A stretch of DNA of 63,610 nucleotides, filler included, from Rhabdomonas costata (Eukaryota), in assembly GCA_019059605.1 (NCBI GenBank). It is 54 parts of 54 records of this genome, joined end to end, with 100 filler letters (N's around TTAATTAATTAA, not from the genome) between each part and the next. Parts side by side here need not be neighbours in the genome. Positions count along the whole stretch, not along the records: positions 1 to 1,080 come from JAHMHO010029656.1; positions 1,181 to 2,261 come from JAHMHO010029657.1; positions 2,362 to 3,448 come from JAHMHO010029658.1; positions 3,549 to 4,628 come from JAHMHO010029659.1; positions 4,729 to 5,808 come from JAHMHO010029660.1; positions 5,909 to 6,989 come from JAHMHO010029661.1; positions 7,090 to 8,169 come from JAHMHO010029662.1; positions 8,270 to 9,349 come from JAHMHO010029663.1; 46 more parts are not named here. The stretch is one strand, 5' to 3'. Below the pieces are notes generated by a model. That model made no database searches. It had not been told where the DNA came from and saw nothing but the letters and a program-made list of their open reading frames with translations. Below are positions 1 to 11,809 of the stretch, in pieces. Position numbers and translations under genes: made by a program. Position 1 is the stretch's first letter. Each line of letters starts with the position of its first letter.

Positions 1-10
1 GGGGGTGGGG

Positions 11-373
11 GGGGGGCGTTAAGCGTTTAACACTGTTTAACAGTCGAAAAAGTTTTAAACTTAAAAAATCGGCATCTAGGGGGCAGTAGAACACCAAACC
101 CCCTTTAGCTAAGTAACATCAATTAGTGAGTTTTGGCACAGTTCACCCAAGCCCCGTGCTGGGAAGGTGACGTTTTTGAGGAACACGATTTTTGTTTACC
201 GTTTAACACCGTTAAAAAGTCATATTTTTGCAGGACCCCCCCCCATGACACGTCCCCGCCTCATCCGTCCGCTCCGGCCGCGCCGCGGGCTGGCTTCCGC
301 CCCTAAACTAATGCTGTCCCAGTCGATCCACAATGTCCAAAACGTTTAACGCCGTTAAACGTGTAACCCCCCC
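11..373. mobile_element. MITE-like non-autonomous element, copy 1
   Basis: Imperfect terminal inverted repeats (GGGGGGCGTTAAGCGTTTAAC ... GTTAAACGTGTAACCCCCCC); the interior aligns by eye to the reverse complement of 46274-46547. Confidence 0.7.
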
Positions 374-497
374 AAAAAAATTGAAGTTGCGCCTTCTTTC
401 CTTTCTTTGGGTACTTTTCACCCTTATCCAACAGGTGGTTAGCGGAAAGAATATCTGGATGTTTTCTAGCCTTCATTCTGTTGTTCGGGAGGTTCAG

Positions 498-716
498 TTG
501 GCATGTGGCGCACTGGCACACCCACATAAACACAGCCCGAGCTGTGCTGGCGATGGAGAAGGAGAAGGGCTCCTCCCCCACTGCGGGCCAGGCGACCCTC
601 CGGAAGGTCCTGAAGCAGCGGTACCGCGCTGGTACGCTGTACCTCGGGGTCGGCGTGGCTGTGGCTGGGGTTGCCCCCTTTGTGGCGGTGCAGGCCTCCA
701 TGTTCCTGGTGCGCAC
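498..716 (+). CDS. Mitochondrial carrier (SLC25) family exon fragment, frame disrupted near 525
   Basis: LACGALAHP / INTARAVL ... AGTLYLGVGVAVAGVAPFVAVQASMF resembles the Px[DE]xx[KR] and G-hydrophobic-Y-x-G ... G-x-A-P carrier repeat motifs; exon limits approximate. Confidence 0.55.
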
Positions 717-1080
717 AAACACATCATACACTATTAGGTTGTGAGCAGGTGAAAGGTTAGTGCAAAGTTCAAAGAAAGCATAACCTCGACAGGTCGCGAC
801 ATCCCAAGTTAACGGATTACACTCAGGAACACACGTGTGCGTCAGCAAAACTTGGAGGGCTCCTGAAATGTGCTCTTGAGCCCCCCCCCACCCCATTGTC
901 TGTTCTAAGACTTGAATCACACCTGTGATGCACTTCAGCAGCAAAACTTCCAAAAATGGCCTGAATTCGGATGTGAATCAAGAGTTGAGCGGATGCAGTG
1001 AATGCTTTGTTAAAGCATTTACTTTTTCTCAAGCGAGACTCCTTTCGGCGAAGCCTTTTTCCATCCTTGCCCCCCACAAA

Positions 1081-1180
1081 NNNNNNNNNNNNNNNNNNNN
1101 NNNNNNNNNNNNNNNNNNNNNNNNTTAATTAATTAANNNNNNNNNNNNNNNNNNNNNNNNNNNNNNNNNNNNNNNNNNNN
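1081..1180. other. Artificial contig linker (N-run + TTAATTAATTAA + N-run); 53 such linkers recur about every 1.18 kb
   Basis: The same 12-mer, with stops in all six frames, flanked by N runs separates 54 contigs of about 1075-1090 bp. Confidence 0.99.
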
Positions 1181-1960
1181 GTCGGAGGGTATGTTGGTAG
1201 CGTTGGTTGTATTGGTCGTAGCGTTGGTTGTGGTAGCGTGTAGTGGAGTCGTAGGTGCTGATGCTGTAGGGGTAAGTGGTGTGGTAGGAGCTGGTGCGTT
1301 GGATGTTGGTGCTGCTGGTGCGTTGGATGTTGGTGCTTGCGTTGGTTCTAGCGTTGGGTGGTTGGCTGGTGTTGGTGTCCCTGTGTCTGCTTTCTGTCGT
1401 GCTTCCTGTTGGTGCTTCTGTGTGTCCTTCGCTCTCTGTCTCAACCACGCTCCCTGCAACCATGCTCACTCTGTCTCTGTTCCTGTCCCTGTTCCTGTCT
1501 CTGTTCCTTCTGTAGTGTTGGTAGGTAGGTGCGTAGGGTGTGATGTTGGGGCTAGCGGTGTGGATGTTCCTGGTGCTTGCTGTTACGGTCTCTGTTTCTA
1601 CGGTCCCTGTTGCTGATGCTGGTTCTGTCTCCGTTCCTACTGTGTCCATTCAAACATGCTCCCTCTGTAGTGCTGTGTCTGTAGCTGTTGGTGTTCCTAG
1701 CGGTATTCTTGATGCATGTGGCTGTAGCGGTATTCCTGGTGCTGGGTTGAAGGGCGTTGGAGTTGGAGGGTGCGTGGAGTTGAGTGACGTTGGTGGGTTG
1801 AGGGTCCATGTTTCTGATGCCAAGCTGAGTGTGAGGGTTCCTGCTTCTGTGTCTGTGTCTATGCCTTCTGTCTCTGTCTCTATGCCTTCTGTGTGTAAGC
1901 CTTCTGTGTCGATGCCTTCCTGCGTTTCTGTCTCCAGGCCTTCCTGTCTTACGGTCTCTG
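1181..1960. repeat. Strand-biased GT/CT-rich low-complexity repeat region
   Basis: Degenerate units such as GCTGGTGCGTTGGATGTTGGT, CTGTTC and TCTGTGTCTATGCCT; overlapping ORFs on both strands have no recognisable domain. Confidence 0.7.
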
Positions 1961-2361
1961 ATCGGAACATTCACAAAAAAACCATTTTTATAAAATTTTC
2001 AAGAAAATTCATTTTGAGTTTTTATGAAGCAATGAACACTTCTAGATTTGTAGAGTTTTGGTTGGAAGCTGTTCTGGCGAGGCGGGAATTAATCTCCCCC
2101 TTGCCCTGCTCAGCCCCCCTGAGGTTTATAGTCCGGCGCAGGAGTGATCAGGGAATGAGAAATTTATACCAGCAAGACCAATGGATGCACCCCGTAAAAA
2201 TCCGAAATAAAAAAGGAAACGAGAAGATGCCTAATCACGTCAATCGGCTCACCCAACACCCNNNNNNNNNNNNNNNNNNNNNNNNNNNNNNNNNNNNNNN
2301 NNNNNTTAATTAATTAANNNNNNNNNNNNNNNNNNNNNNNNNNNNNNNNNNNNNNNNNNNN

Positions 2362-2430
<69 letters not shown>
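2362..2430 (+). repeat. (AAC)n microsatellite at contig start
   Basis: About 23 perfect AAC units. Confidence 0.97.
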
Positions 2431-2431
<1 letters not shown>

Positions 2432-3064
2432 TGAAAAAAACAAAAAACAAATTGGACTGGAAATAACAAGCGGGACCACTTCCTAATGCGCCTGCATCTG
2501 CGAATCCACGATAACTGGAACCTCTCCGAAAGGGAGGGATGGAATCAGTCCTTTTGTGCTGAAGTGTGTGGCTGGGTTTTTATTCACGGGAGTTATGGCA
2601 GCCGTCGTGGGCCCATTTCGGGCCTGAAGAAAACAATGGCAATGCTGGTGTTTTGGGGTTCCATACTGCAAGGCGCGGGGCCCCCTTTGCCCTGCCGAGT
2701 CGAGATCATCAGGAGAACATTTGAAAGCAAACGGATAACAACCTCTCCGACCATTACGCGACAAATTCTGTGCACCAATCCCCCGTCACGCAACATCGCC
2801 CAAGCACCAACCTTCCACAGTTCCTTCAACCCGTTTTCTCCTGTCTTCCGTCCTCTTCGTGAACTCGTTTTTGTCCAAGTCTCACAAAATAAAGTCTTTT
2901 CTTCGCCCTTCTCGTGGGCGCAAACTCTTGGCTTGCACAAATGGTTGGAGATTTCGGAAGAAATGGGGGAAAGAGAGTTGGTAGTCTGCAATTTACCTCT
3001 GGTATGTCCATGGGAGAGGGGGTGCTGCGACGAGTCGCGGGGCGGGGCCCACCACACGGCTCGC

Positions 3065-3139
3065 CTGGGCGAAGAACTTGGAGAACAGGGAGTAGTTCAG
3101 AATGTAGGCGATCCCGATCATGGGGTAGACCCACACCAT
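3065..3139 (-). CDS. Membrane-protein exon, possibly EI24-like
   Basis: CAG|MVWVYPMIGIAYILNYSLFSKFFAQ|GCGAGC; the W-x-x-P ... L-N pattern loosely resembles EI24. Confidence 0.35.
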
Positions 3140-3718
3140 CTGTGACCCACAACAACAACATAGTGGCAAAGCGATTTCCATTTCAGTTGAAATTGCAGTT
3201 GGCGCCACGATTCATTTCCTGAACAGTGCCCTGAACGGTGAGAAGAAAGTGCGTCAAGCTCTGAGTGTGTGCTCCAGTAAATGATGCATTGCGCTGGGCA
3301 AATCACGTACGCATGAAAGCGGATCAACATACAAGTGGATGCACATAGAATAGCAATGGCAGAAAGTGTCAGAAGGCACGGCGGACTCGCACCAATTACG
3401 TGGCTCTTGCGACTTCCCCGAGAAGCACACTCGATCCTCCCCACCACANNNNNNNNNNNNNNNNNNNNNNNNNNNNNNNNNNNNNNNNNNNNTTAATTAA
3501 TTAANNNNNNNNNNNNNNNNNNNNNNNNNNNNNNNNNNNNNNNNNNNNGGTTGGCGGGCCCACTCAAGTACAGTACACTATTTCATAATTTCCGGGGTTC
3601 CGACACAGCTTACCGACCTTCTTCCAGTCGACATAACAATTTCTCCGTCAGATCTCTGTATATAAAGCCAACATCGTTGGTCCCCCAAGGAAGTGAGCAT
3701 GCTAGCACTCTGCAGTGG

Positions 3719-4179
3719 TTAAAATACCTGTAAAAAGGGTTGTCTGAGCAACTCCTCGCAGGATGGTCGATGCTCAGGATCCTTTTTTAGACACAACCTC
3801 AAAAGGTCCATCAGCTCCGGCACATTAGGGCATTCCTCCGGGGAGGGAAGCAATTCCTCTGTTGAAATCTGGCCGAGAGTCACCTTGCTGACGCACAGGC
3901 ACATCTCAACCGTGGTAGAAGCATGACGGTAGGGCCTCGGGGGAAGTCCTGTAAGCAGGACGAACAGAGTGATGCCAAGGCTCCAGATGTCATAGCTGGG
4001 CGAGGGCTCGCGCATGCCCGCCTCAGGAGGAAGAAAGTAGGGGGTGCCCAACCCATGGCAGGAATTCAGGGAAGAGGTGGGCTGCGTGGCCTGAGCTAGC
4101 CCAAAGTCCACGAGCTTCACAGTACCATCCTCGGCTAGCATAATATTGGAAGGCTTCAGGTCGCGATGGATCAAGCCCG
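3719..4179 (-). CDS. Ser/Thr protein kinase, C-terminal lobe exon
   Basis: HRDLKPSN, DFG, GTPYFLPPE, DIWSLG and subdomain XI (DPEHRP); pyrimidine tract plus CAG acceptor at 4180-4182. Confidence 0.95.
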
Positions 4180-4728
4180 CTGTGAGAGAGAGCGGCAGCC
4201 AATTTGAAGACATCGAATTAGAAAAAGAGAGCTTCCTACTTGTTAAGTGGGTACAAGACCAGCGACAGCCAATCCGAAGATACACCCATTTGTTTCGTTC
4301 GGCAGGCAAGCATGCTAACCGAAACCCAGCTCATACCACAGAAAAGGGGGTGGGTGTTCAGAAAACGTCTAATGGCGGTTAAACATTCGACATCCCTACA
4401 CCCACCACATCCCAAATGCGGCACATATAGTGAGGCTGTAATGTCAACAAGGAAACTGAAATGATGAGAGCTTCCCACCCCTCATGTGTACATGGAGAAG
4501 GGGACTCAGAGAATTGAACAACGGCTGCACAAGATACGCCATGGTTCAAGCCCCAACCGAGTGCTGGGTGAGGGATCAGGTTCGAATAATGAGAACAGCA
4601 CCTAAATTTCGGCTTGTAAAGCGGGTGANNNNNNNNNNNNNNNNNNNNNNNNNNNNNNNNNNNNNNNNNNNNTTAATTAATTAANNNNNNNNNNNNNNNN
4701 NNNNNNNNNNNNNNNNNNNNNNNNNNNN

Positions 4729-5686
4729 GTGTTGGTGTGTTTGGTGTGGGTGTTGGAGTGGGTGTTGGTGTGGGTGTCGGTGATGCAGTGGCTGTGGGGG
4801 TGAGAGTTGGAGTAAACGACGGCGTCGAAGTAGGAGAAGAGGAAGGTGTTGACGACGGAGAAGACGTGGGAGTGTTCGTGAATGTGGGCGTTGGTGTGGG
4901 TGTGGAGGAAGGGGTGCATGTGGGTGTGGAGCTGGGCGAAAGCGTTGGTGAAAATGTTGGCGACGCAGTTGGTGTGTCACTCGGGGTTGAGGTGGGACTG
5001 GTTGTGGGTGTGAAGGAAGGTGTCGCTGTGGGTGTAGAGCTGGGAGTGAACGTCGGTGTGGGTGTAAAAGTAGGTGTGTGCGTCGGTGTAATTGTGGGCG
5101 AAGCAGTCGGGGTACTGCTGGGCGAGGCACTTGGCGACAAGGTGGGAGTAGAGGTGGGAGTGGAGGTCGGACTAGATGTAGGCGTAGCCGAGGGTGACAT
5201 TGTGGGAGTTGAAGTGGGTGTTAATGAAGGCGTTGATGTGGGTGTGGGTGTCGATGTTGGAGTGGATGTGGGTGTACAAGTGGGAGAAGTCGTAGGTGTG
5301 CTGGTAGGTGTCAAGGTGGGCGATGAAGTTGGTGAAGAGGAGGGGGTACTGCTTGGCGTCGAGCTAGGACTGGCCGATGGCGTAGCGCTGGGGGTCATCG
5401 AAGGTGACGGTGTCGGAGTTGGAGTGATGGTCGGAGTGAATGTGGGCGTTGACGTGGGTGTGCCGGTGGGAGTCTCTGTAGGAGTGCTGCTGGGTGTAGA
5501 AGTCGGGGTGGTGGTTGGGCTTGCCGTGGGGGTGGAAGTCGGAGTCGAGCTGGGAGAAGATGTCGGGGATGAGGTGAGGGTAGGGGTTGGAGTGGGGCTG
5601 CTACTTGGGGTCGAGGTTGGCGTTTGGCTTGGAGAGGAGGTGGGTGTGAAGGTGGGAGTTGACGAAGGCGAGTAGGTGGGGGTAGA
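4729..5686 (-). CDS. Thr/Pro/Ser-rich (mucin/extensin-like) repeat exon, partial
   Basis: About 320 codons of TPT/SPS/TPS repeats with varied synonymous codons, which argues for coding rather than a simple DNA repeat. Confidence 0.7.
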
Positions 5687-6160
5687 CTTTTCTCAGCCAT
5701 CATCTTGAGTCTTAAGTCTCGCGACTGCTTGGCACTCTGATCGTAAAGCACCTTATGTCCCTAACTAGGCACCTGCTGGCCCCCATAATCCACAGGGGAA
5801 GTCCTGGTNNNNNNNNNNNNNNNNNNNNNNNNNNNNNNNNNNNNNNNNNNNNTTAATTAATTAANNNNNNNNNNNNNNNNNNNNNNNNNNNNNNNNNNNN
5901 NNNNNNNNTGTAGGGGAGGTGGGGCTGGAGAAGGGGGTGAAGGGAGGGTGTTTCAGTGCGCTGGGCGAAATTGCTTGCTGTCAAGTTTTTGCTGTGGAAT
6001 CATTGTATGCCAAATGTGCTGAGCTGTAGTACGTGTCCAAATTATGTGTGGATGAGTTGTTACGTTATCCGAGGCTCAGGAGCGATTTCCCACAGTGCCC
6101 TGAGGCTTGGTAAGGCTTGTGGGGTGTTATCTGGTCTGCTTTTGGTGTGGCGGTGGGAAG

Positions 6161-6333
6161 GCTTGGACGAGGGCCGCAACCTGAAGAACGACCTGGAGGA
6201 GATGACTCACAACTTCCACCTCAGCGAGGAGCAGGTTGGGCGGCTGGAGGCCGACAAGAAGGCGCTAACCACAGAGCTGCGAATGACCCAGACCGCGGCC
6301 AAAGACGCGATTGAGGCCTCCAAGCAAATGCAG
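6161..6333 (+). CDS. Coiled-coil protein exon
   Basis: AG|..LDEGRNLKNDLEEMTHNFHLSEEQVGRLEADKKALTTELRMTQTAAKDAIEASKQMQ|GTGCTT; heptad pattern and GC3-rich codons. Confidence 0.7.
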
Positions 6334-7367
6334 GTGCTTCTCTTCCCTCAAATGGTAATTAGCGAACGAATTTCCTGCGGGGGGGGGGGGGGTTCCAAAG
6401 CCAGTCTTTTGGAGAGTTTGGCTCAATCAGAATGGCAGGCTCGTGCCCGCTTGTTTTACCTGCGTGGAGTGGAGCAGCAACGGTTACCCGTGGGAGCTTA
6501 ATCGCTCAGGTGCTGGGAACACCGCGAGGGGCCAACAGCGCGTGCGCCCTGAGTCCAAAGCGGTTACCAAAAGTCAAGCAGGAAACAGCCAGCTCTTTGC
6601 GACAACGCTTACTCTTTTCCGCGGGGAAAAGACCACGGAAAATCGCATTAAAAACGTACAAACGTCGTCAGCTGCACACACACACACGCACATGCAGGTC
6701 CCCATGCAGCCCCCCAAGGAAGGAGTGTGGAATCGCAGAGACCTGAGCAGCAATGGAGCAATGCAGGTAGCGCCGGAAAGGAGCAGCTGCGCGACAATGG
6801 CCCGGGACCCGTGGGGCTGAAAGGAGGTTACCAGATGTGGAACGTTCGGCGGTGTGCCGGTTCCGGTTGCCCACGGCACCGTTCGCTCCAACGGCACCTC
6901 TCGCGAGCACCCGTGGCCAACAGCGCGTGTGCCTCAGTCCCCAGTGGTCGTCAACAACCAAGCCACCAGGCAACTAGGCAACACCCCACNNNNNNNNNNN
7001 NNNNNNNNNNNNNNNNNNNNNNNNNNNNNNNNNTTAATTAATTAANNNNNNNNNNNNNNNNNNNNNNNNNNNNNNNNNNNNNNNNNNNNTGTTGGGTGTG
7101 CTCGCGAGTCGGGGATTTCAGGGGTTCGGCACCAGCACAGGATGGGGCAGGGTTGAGGTGTGCGAAAAGCAGGAATTGCGACGAGAGACCATGAGGAGAC
7201 TGTGTGCGACTGTGTGCGCAGAAGCTACACAGTGAATTGTAAGGAGGATGTAAAGGGCAGATGAACCACTCATACTACACGCAGTGGAAACCCATCAAAT
7301 AGTTAGGATGCTAGTGAAAAGCAAAGCTAGTCCTACAGGGCAAGTGAAAGTCTGCGGACGCGCTCAC

Positions 7368-7517
7368 CTGCCCTCCAGCATCCACCATTAGAATCCTCTG
7401 AGCCAGCAGCCAGTCGAACTGCTGGTCTACGAGCATCGGGGGCAGCTCGCTGACCAGATGGTACAGCTGCGGGCGGTACAGCCGAGCCTCGGGATGCGAC
7501 AGAATCACCGCAGCGGC
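7368..7517 (-). CDS. Unknown protein exon (150 nt)
   Basis: CAG|AAAVILSHPEARLYRPQLYHLVSELPPMLVDQQFDWLLAQRILMVDAGGQ|GTGAGC. Confidence 0.65.
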
Positions 7518-7572
7518 CTGTTTACAAGTGTCCGCAGACTGTGCGAAGATCTATTGATCCGACTCTGTCTTT

Positions 7573-7780
7573 GAGGGCGAAGCCGAAGCAGGTCCGGGGT
7601 CTTTTGATTGTACACTGGGCCTCCCAAAACGCTGCGTAGGCCGGTCTTTGCACCCTCAGGCTGGTACCCACCCGTGCCCCTTGGCGGCTCTTAAATCTTG
7701 TGAAGAAATAAGCAAGCGCAGAGCGCAGCCAAATCACTGTCGAGGGCGAAGCCGAAGCGGGCCTGGCGTCTTATTATATA
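7573..7780 (+). repeat. Dispersed repeat, two copies of a GAGGGCGAAGCCGAAGC-headed motif 169 bp apart
   Basis: Copies start at 7573 and 7742; a third is at 16354-16428. Confidence 0.75.
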
Positions 7781-8439
7781 TTATGTCGCCTTATATATTG
7801 TGCCAACTTAAAAGTGAGAGTTCTGAGATGTACTCCACAGGAGGCATTTTTACCTTGCAAGCGATATTTCCTAAGAAAAAAGTTGCTGTGGAATTTCTGT
7901 TGAAATGTTGCATTCGAAAAGTTGGGTTGGTGGGAACAGATATCATCGCAAACCTCACACTGAAAAGGCTAAAAGTGACATGGTTTTCTCTTATAGCACG
8001 CGACTTTGCGTGGTGGTCAGGAAATTTTCAGGCCTTTTCGGACATTAATTACTCTTCACTCTATTACTGAATGCCATTACATCTGGTCTTTGAAGTTCCG
8101 TGGTCAGCTTTTGCCGCATTATCGTCTCAGCTGTAACTATCACTTTTGACATGACCCGTACCCAACACCNNNNNNNNNNNNNNNNNNNNNNNNNNNNNNN
8201 NNNNNNNNNNNNNTTAATTAATTAANNNNNNNNNNNNNNNNNNNNNNNNNNNNNNNNNNNNNNNNNNNNTGTGTGGTGGACTGGCTGTTGTTGTCTGTAT
8301 GCTATATGTGTTGTGCTTCCGCCTGCCGGCGCGACCGCTTCGACTACGTAAAATTTCAAGTGAACAGAAGCCTCCAGCGTTTGAGTTCTCTTTTTGTAAA
8401 AAGATTTGTGACGATAAGCATTTTTCACTTCTGTCTTCG

Positions 8440-9300
8440 GAATATGGGGCATTGTCTGGCGCAACGTAGTTGCACGGCTGAAACGGCTGTATGATAGAAC
8501 TTCCATTTGAATGTCCAGATAAGCCGTTGGTAAGGAGAACTTGCTGTAATAATACTGTAATATTTCTGTCTATGGTCCAAGATGTGTGTAGATGATACGC
8601 GTCGCCTTGGAAATATGTGTTGGCATGGGAAGTTTGCTGCTTGAAAACCTGGAATTGGTTTAAGTCAAATCTTAACACCGAAGAGATAGTGCGCACATTT
8701 GGATACAAGATCATTTGAAGCCAAGTATGGGAAACATGGGTGTATATCTGGATTCGCTCATTTGCGCTTTTTCGAGGGACACGAGAAGTGCATGTGTGCA
8801 CATCCAGAAGTCCAGATGTTCATGACATACTACACCACTGTTGCAGCGCCAGACCTGACGCAGAATAGCCGCAAGTGGACGTAGTTGCCAGAACAGCAGC
8901 AAGCTTTTGAATTGTTGAAGTTGCGCCTTCCACAATTCGCGCGAGTTCTTATTCACCACGACATGAAGAATCCATTTCTATCTTACACAAAGACGCGTCA
9001 GAGCTGCAAGAAGCACTGAAGTTTCCATTGGTAAATTCCAATGCCCAGATCACCAACAGCAAGCCGTGGATAAGGACTTGAACTTGAACTGGATGTGGAC
9101 CAGAATTTTTATAAAAACACGCAACAGGCAATGGGACCTCAATGCCGTCCATGAGGATGACCCATTTGCGGTGTATGCATTTCATTGTGTCCACACTAAG
9201 AGGATCAGGAAGCAATCGAACCTTCCAACAAAGTTGTGCGGTTTGATCTGGAGGAAATTGTGCTTCAGCTCCAACCACACTCACAGAAAGAGGCTGCTCC
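8440..9300 (+). pseudogene. Decayed Ty3/Gypsy LTR-retrotransposon pol (RT-RNase H junction)
   Basis: FMTYYTTVAAP ... KWT*LPEQQQAFELLKLRL ... LIHHDMKNPFLSYT/DAS matches the W-x-x-EQQ-x-AF-x-x-LK ... PF-x-L-x-TDAS connection/RNase H start; stops and frameshifts present; limits approximate. Confidence 0.75.
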
Positions 9301-11809
9301 ACTACCAGTGTGGTAGCAGTGTATGTGATTTGTACTACACAACCACCCANNNNNNNNNNNNNNNNNNNNNNNNNNNNNNNNNNNNNNNNNNNNTTAATTA
9401 ATTAANNNNNNNNNNNNNNNNNNNNNNNNNNNNNNNNNNNNNNNNNNNNGGGGTTTGTTCAATTGCCCCGTGAAGACATCGCCAACAATAGTGGAGAAAA
9501 GCATTGAATTTCAGGTCTGTTGAAGGTTTCAATCCCTGCACTTCCGTGATCCGAAAATGCGTATCTCGGCAGTGCTCTAAGTTAATTAGCGGAAGGAAAT
9601 GTAAATATTTTCCCGATATTCTCCCCTGGGTCCGATGGAAATTGGGGACTGACCCTCTTCGGGGGAATCATGCCTCTTAGGGGGAAGGGGCATGATTTTT
9701 AGCTGCACGCGGACTTTTCGAGTGCCCCCCCTCCTATTCCGCGCGTGCATGGCATCTTACTCGAAGTCTGCCTGCGCTCTCTATGGGGTTCCTGCCCTAT
9801 CTGCTCTTCCGGAAGCCACTGGGCTCTTTTTTATCTCATCTGTGTCACCTGTGAAGTGAAGCTTCCTCGCGATGGCAGGCCGCACCGTGCTTGTGAGCAA
9901 CATCCCACTGGGAGCGGACCGCCAGCAGCTGGTTTGCCTTGAGCTTTCCACCCTATTTCTCTCAAGTTCATGTTTTCTGCGTTTTAGTAAATAAGCGCAG
10001 GATGGGTCATGCTTCCCAAGATCACGGGATCTTTGGGATCCAGGATCTCTGTATGACTGCGTGATTTTTTCGTCGACGAGTTGCAGCAGACACGCGTTCT
10101 CCGTTCCCCGTTGCCTCTTTCATCCTGGTAAGGCATCCGAAAAAGTGGTGAATCAGAGGAAGAGCAACGACCGCTGAGCTTTGGGCTTCTCCCTGCCTAC
10201 CTCCTGCTCAGGAAGCCCTGTTCGAATTCTGCGGTGAAATTTCCAGCATTGAGCTCGCAAGGTTTGGGCTCCCTTTCCTTTTTTCTGTTTTTGGTCTCGG
10301 TTGTGCCCTGGGGTTTGTGTTTCCGTAGCACGCCGCTGAGACCCGTCGGGTTAGCGTAAAGGTTGCAGAGCTGTTTTCACTTGGAACTTGCAGCATTCCC
10401 GCCGTATAAATCTGATAATCTGATGATGTCTGTCGCCCATCACTCCTCAAATTAAACCCCACAATGAAGATTGTATAAACCTGGGAATCTCAGGAGTCCC
10501 CCACCCCCCACCCCAAACACACCCACCACNNNNNNNNNNNNNNNNNNNNNNNNNNNNNNNNNNNNNNNNNNNNTTAATTAATTAANNNNNNNNNNNNNNN
10601 NNNNNNNNNNNNNNNNNNNNNNNNNNNNNTGTTTTGGGTGAGTCTGGGGTGAGGAACACCTCCACAGGCGACGTTGGAATGCTACGGGGCATCGTCGGCC
10701 AGGTAGGAGTGGTTCCTGCAGCAAACCCGCCCATTGTGGATTTCTTAAAATGGTCCATTACGAGAGAGGGTAGGCACCGCGACAAATCGAGTTGTCCGCT
10801 GCTGTCTCAGTCCTCGGTTGTCTTTCATCATTCCCCAGGCCTTTAGAGATGCCCCCAACCATTGTGTTGGCATCCATCGTTTGCATCTATTACCTGGCTT
10901 TCTTTGGTGGCTCTCTCACTTGCATCCTTTTTTTTTTTTGCGCTTGAGCTTGTTGACTGCCTTCCGGTGAAGGTCACTTTCTCCTCTGCCGTGTTACTTC
11001 ACCTTTAGGTGGCAAAATCAAAGCAGCTGATTAACCTCCGCAATCCCTCCGACAGGTGCGCTTGTCTGCGTGTACGTGTACACTGGGCACCCCGCAACAT
11101 TGGGCATCACGAAGACTGTGCTTACAATAGATAGCAATGTAGCAAAGGGTTCGAAATCACGAAAGGAAGCGCTGTGCGCGCGAGCAAGTTCGTTGACATC
11201 ACGAGGCCAACGGTGGTACATACGTATTTTTTTGGTTTCGGTTCTGTGGTTTTTGACCTGCTTCTGTGCAGATGTAGCAATTGGTGTGTCGTAGCTTTTC
11301 CCCCGTCACACGTACGTGCCGAAGTTGATCGTTCTTCTCCCGGTGCTACCACCTCATTTTGTTGCTTTTGGTTGGGGAAGTGATCTACACCCTTTCGCTC
11401 CACCCTGCGCTGCAGCCCCATGCTTCACCCCAACTGACATCTCGCCAAGCGGTTTGTAACCGGCCTCGCAGTTGCTGACTGCATGTCCCACCCAGAAATT
11501 CATGAGGTGGTCTGAATGAAAACGTCCTCTTTTCCGTTCCGTTCATTCATGTGGCGCTCTGTAAAAGATTGAGAGGGTGGTGGTGGCCCAGAATGGTTCA
11601 GACCTTCCCCCATTCCCTTGTCTCCTTCCAGCCTTTCCCTCTCCACAGCCCCTTCTTCGACCCCTCTCTGGACGCCGTTGGGCCGTATGCTTGCGTGTAC
11701 ACCCCCACANNNNNNNNNNNNNNNNNNNNNNNNNNNNNNNNNNNNNNNNNNNNTTAATTAATTAANNNNNNNNNNNNNNNNNNNNNNNNNNNNNNNNNNN
11801 NNNNNNNNN

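Noticed and set aside
2362-2430. (AAC)n as a telomere
   Set aside because: Ordinary trinucleotide microsatellite at one contig end only
4737-5675. 312-aa Val/Gly-rich ORF on the + strand
   Set aside because: Most simply the antisense shadow of the Thr/Pro/Ser repeat exon
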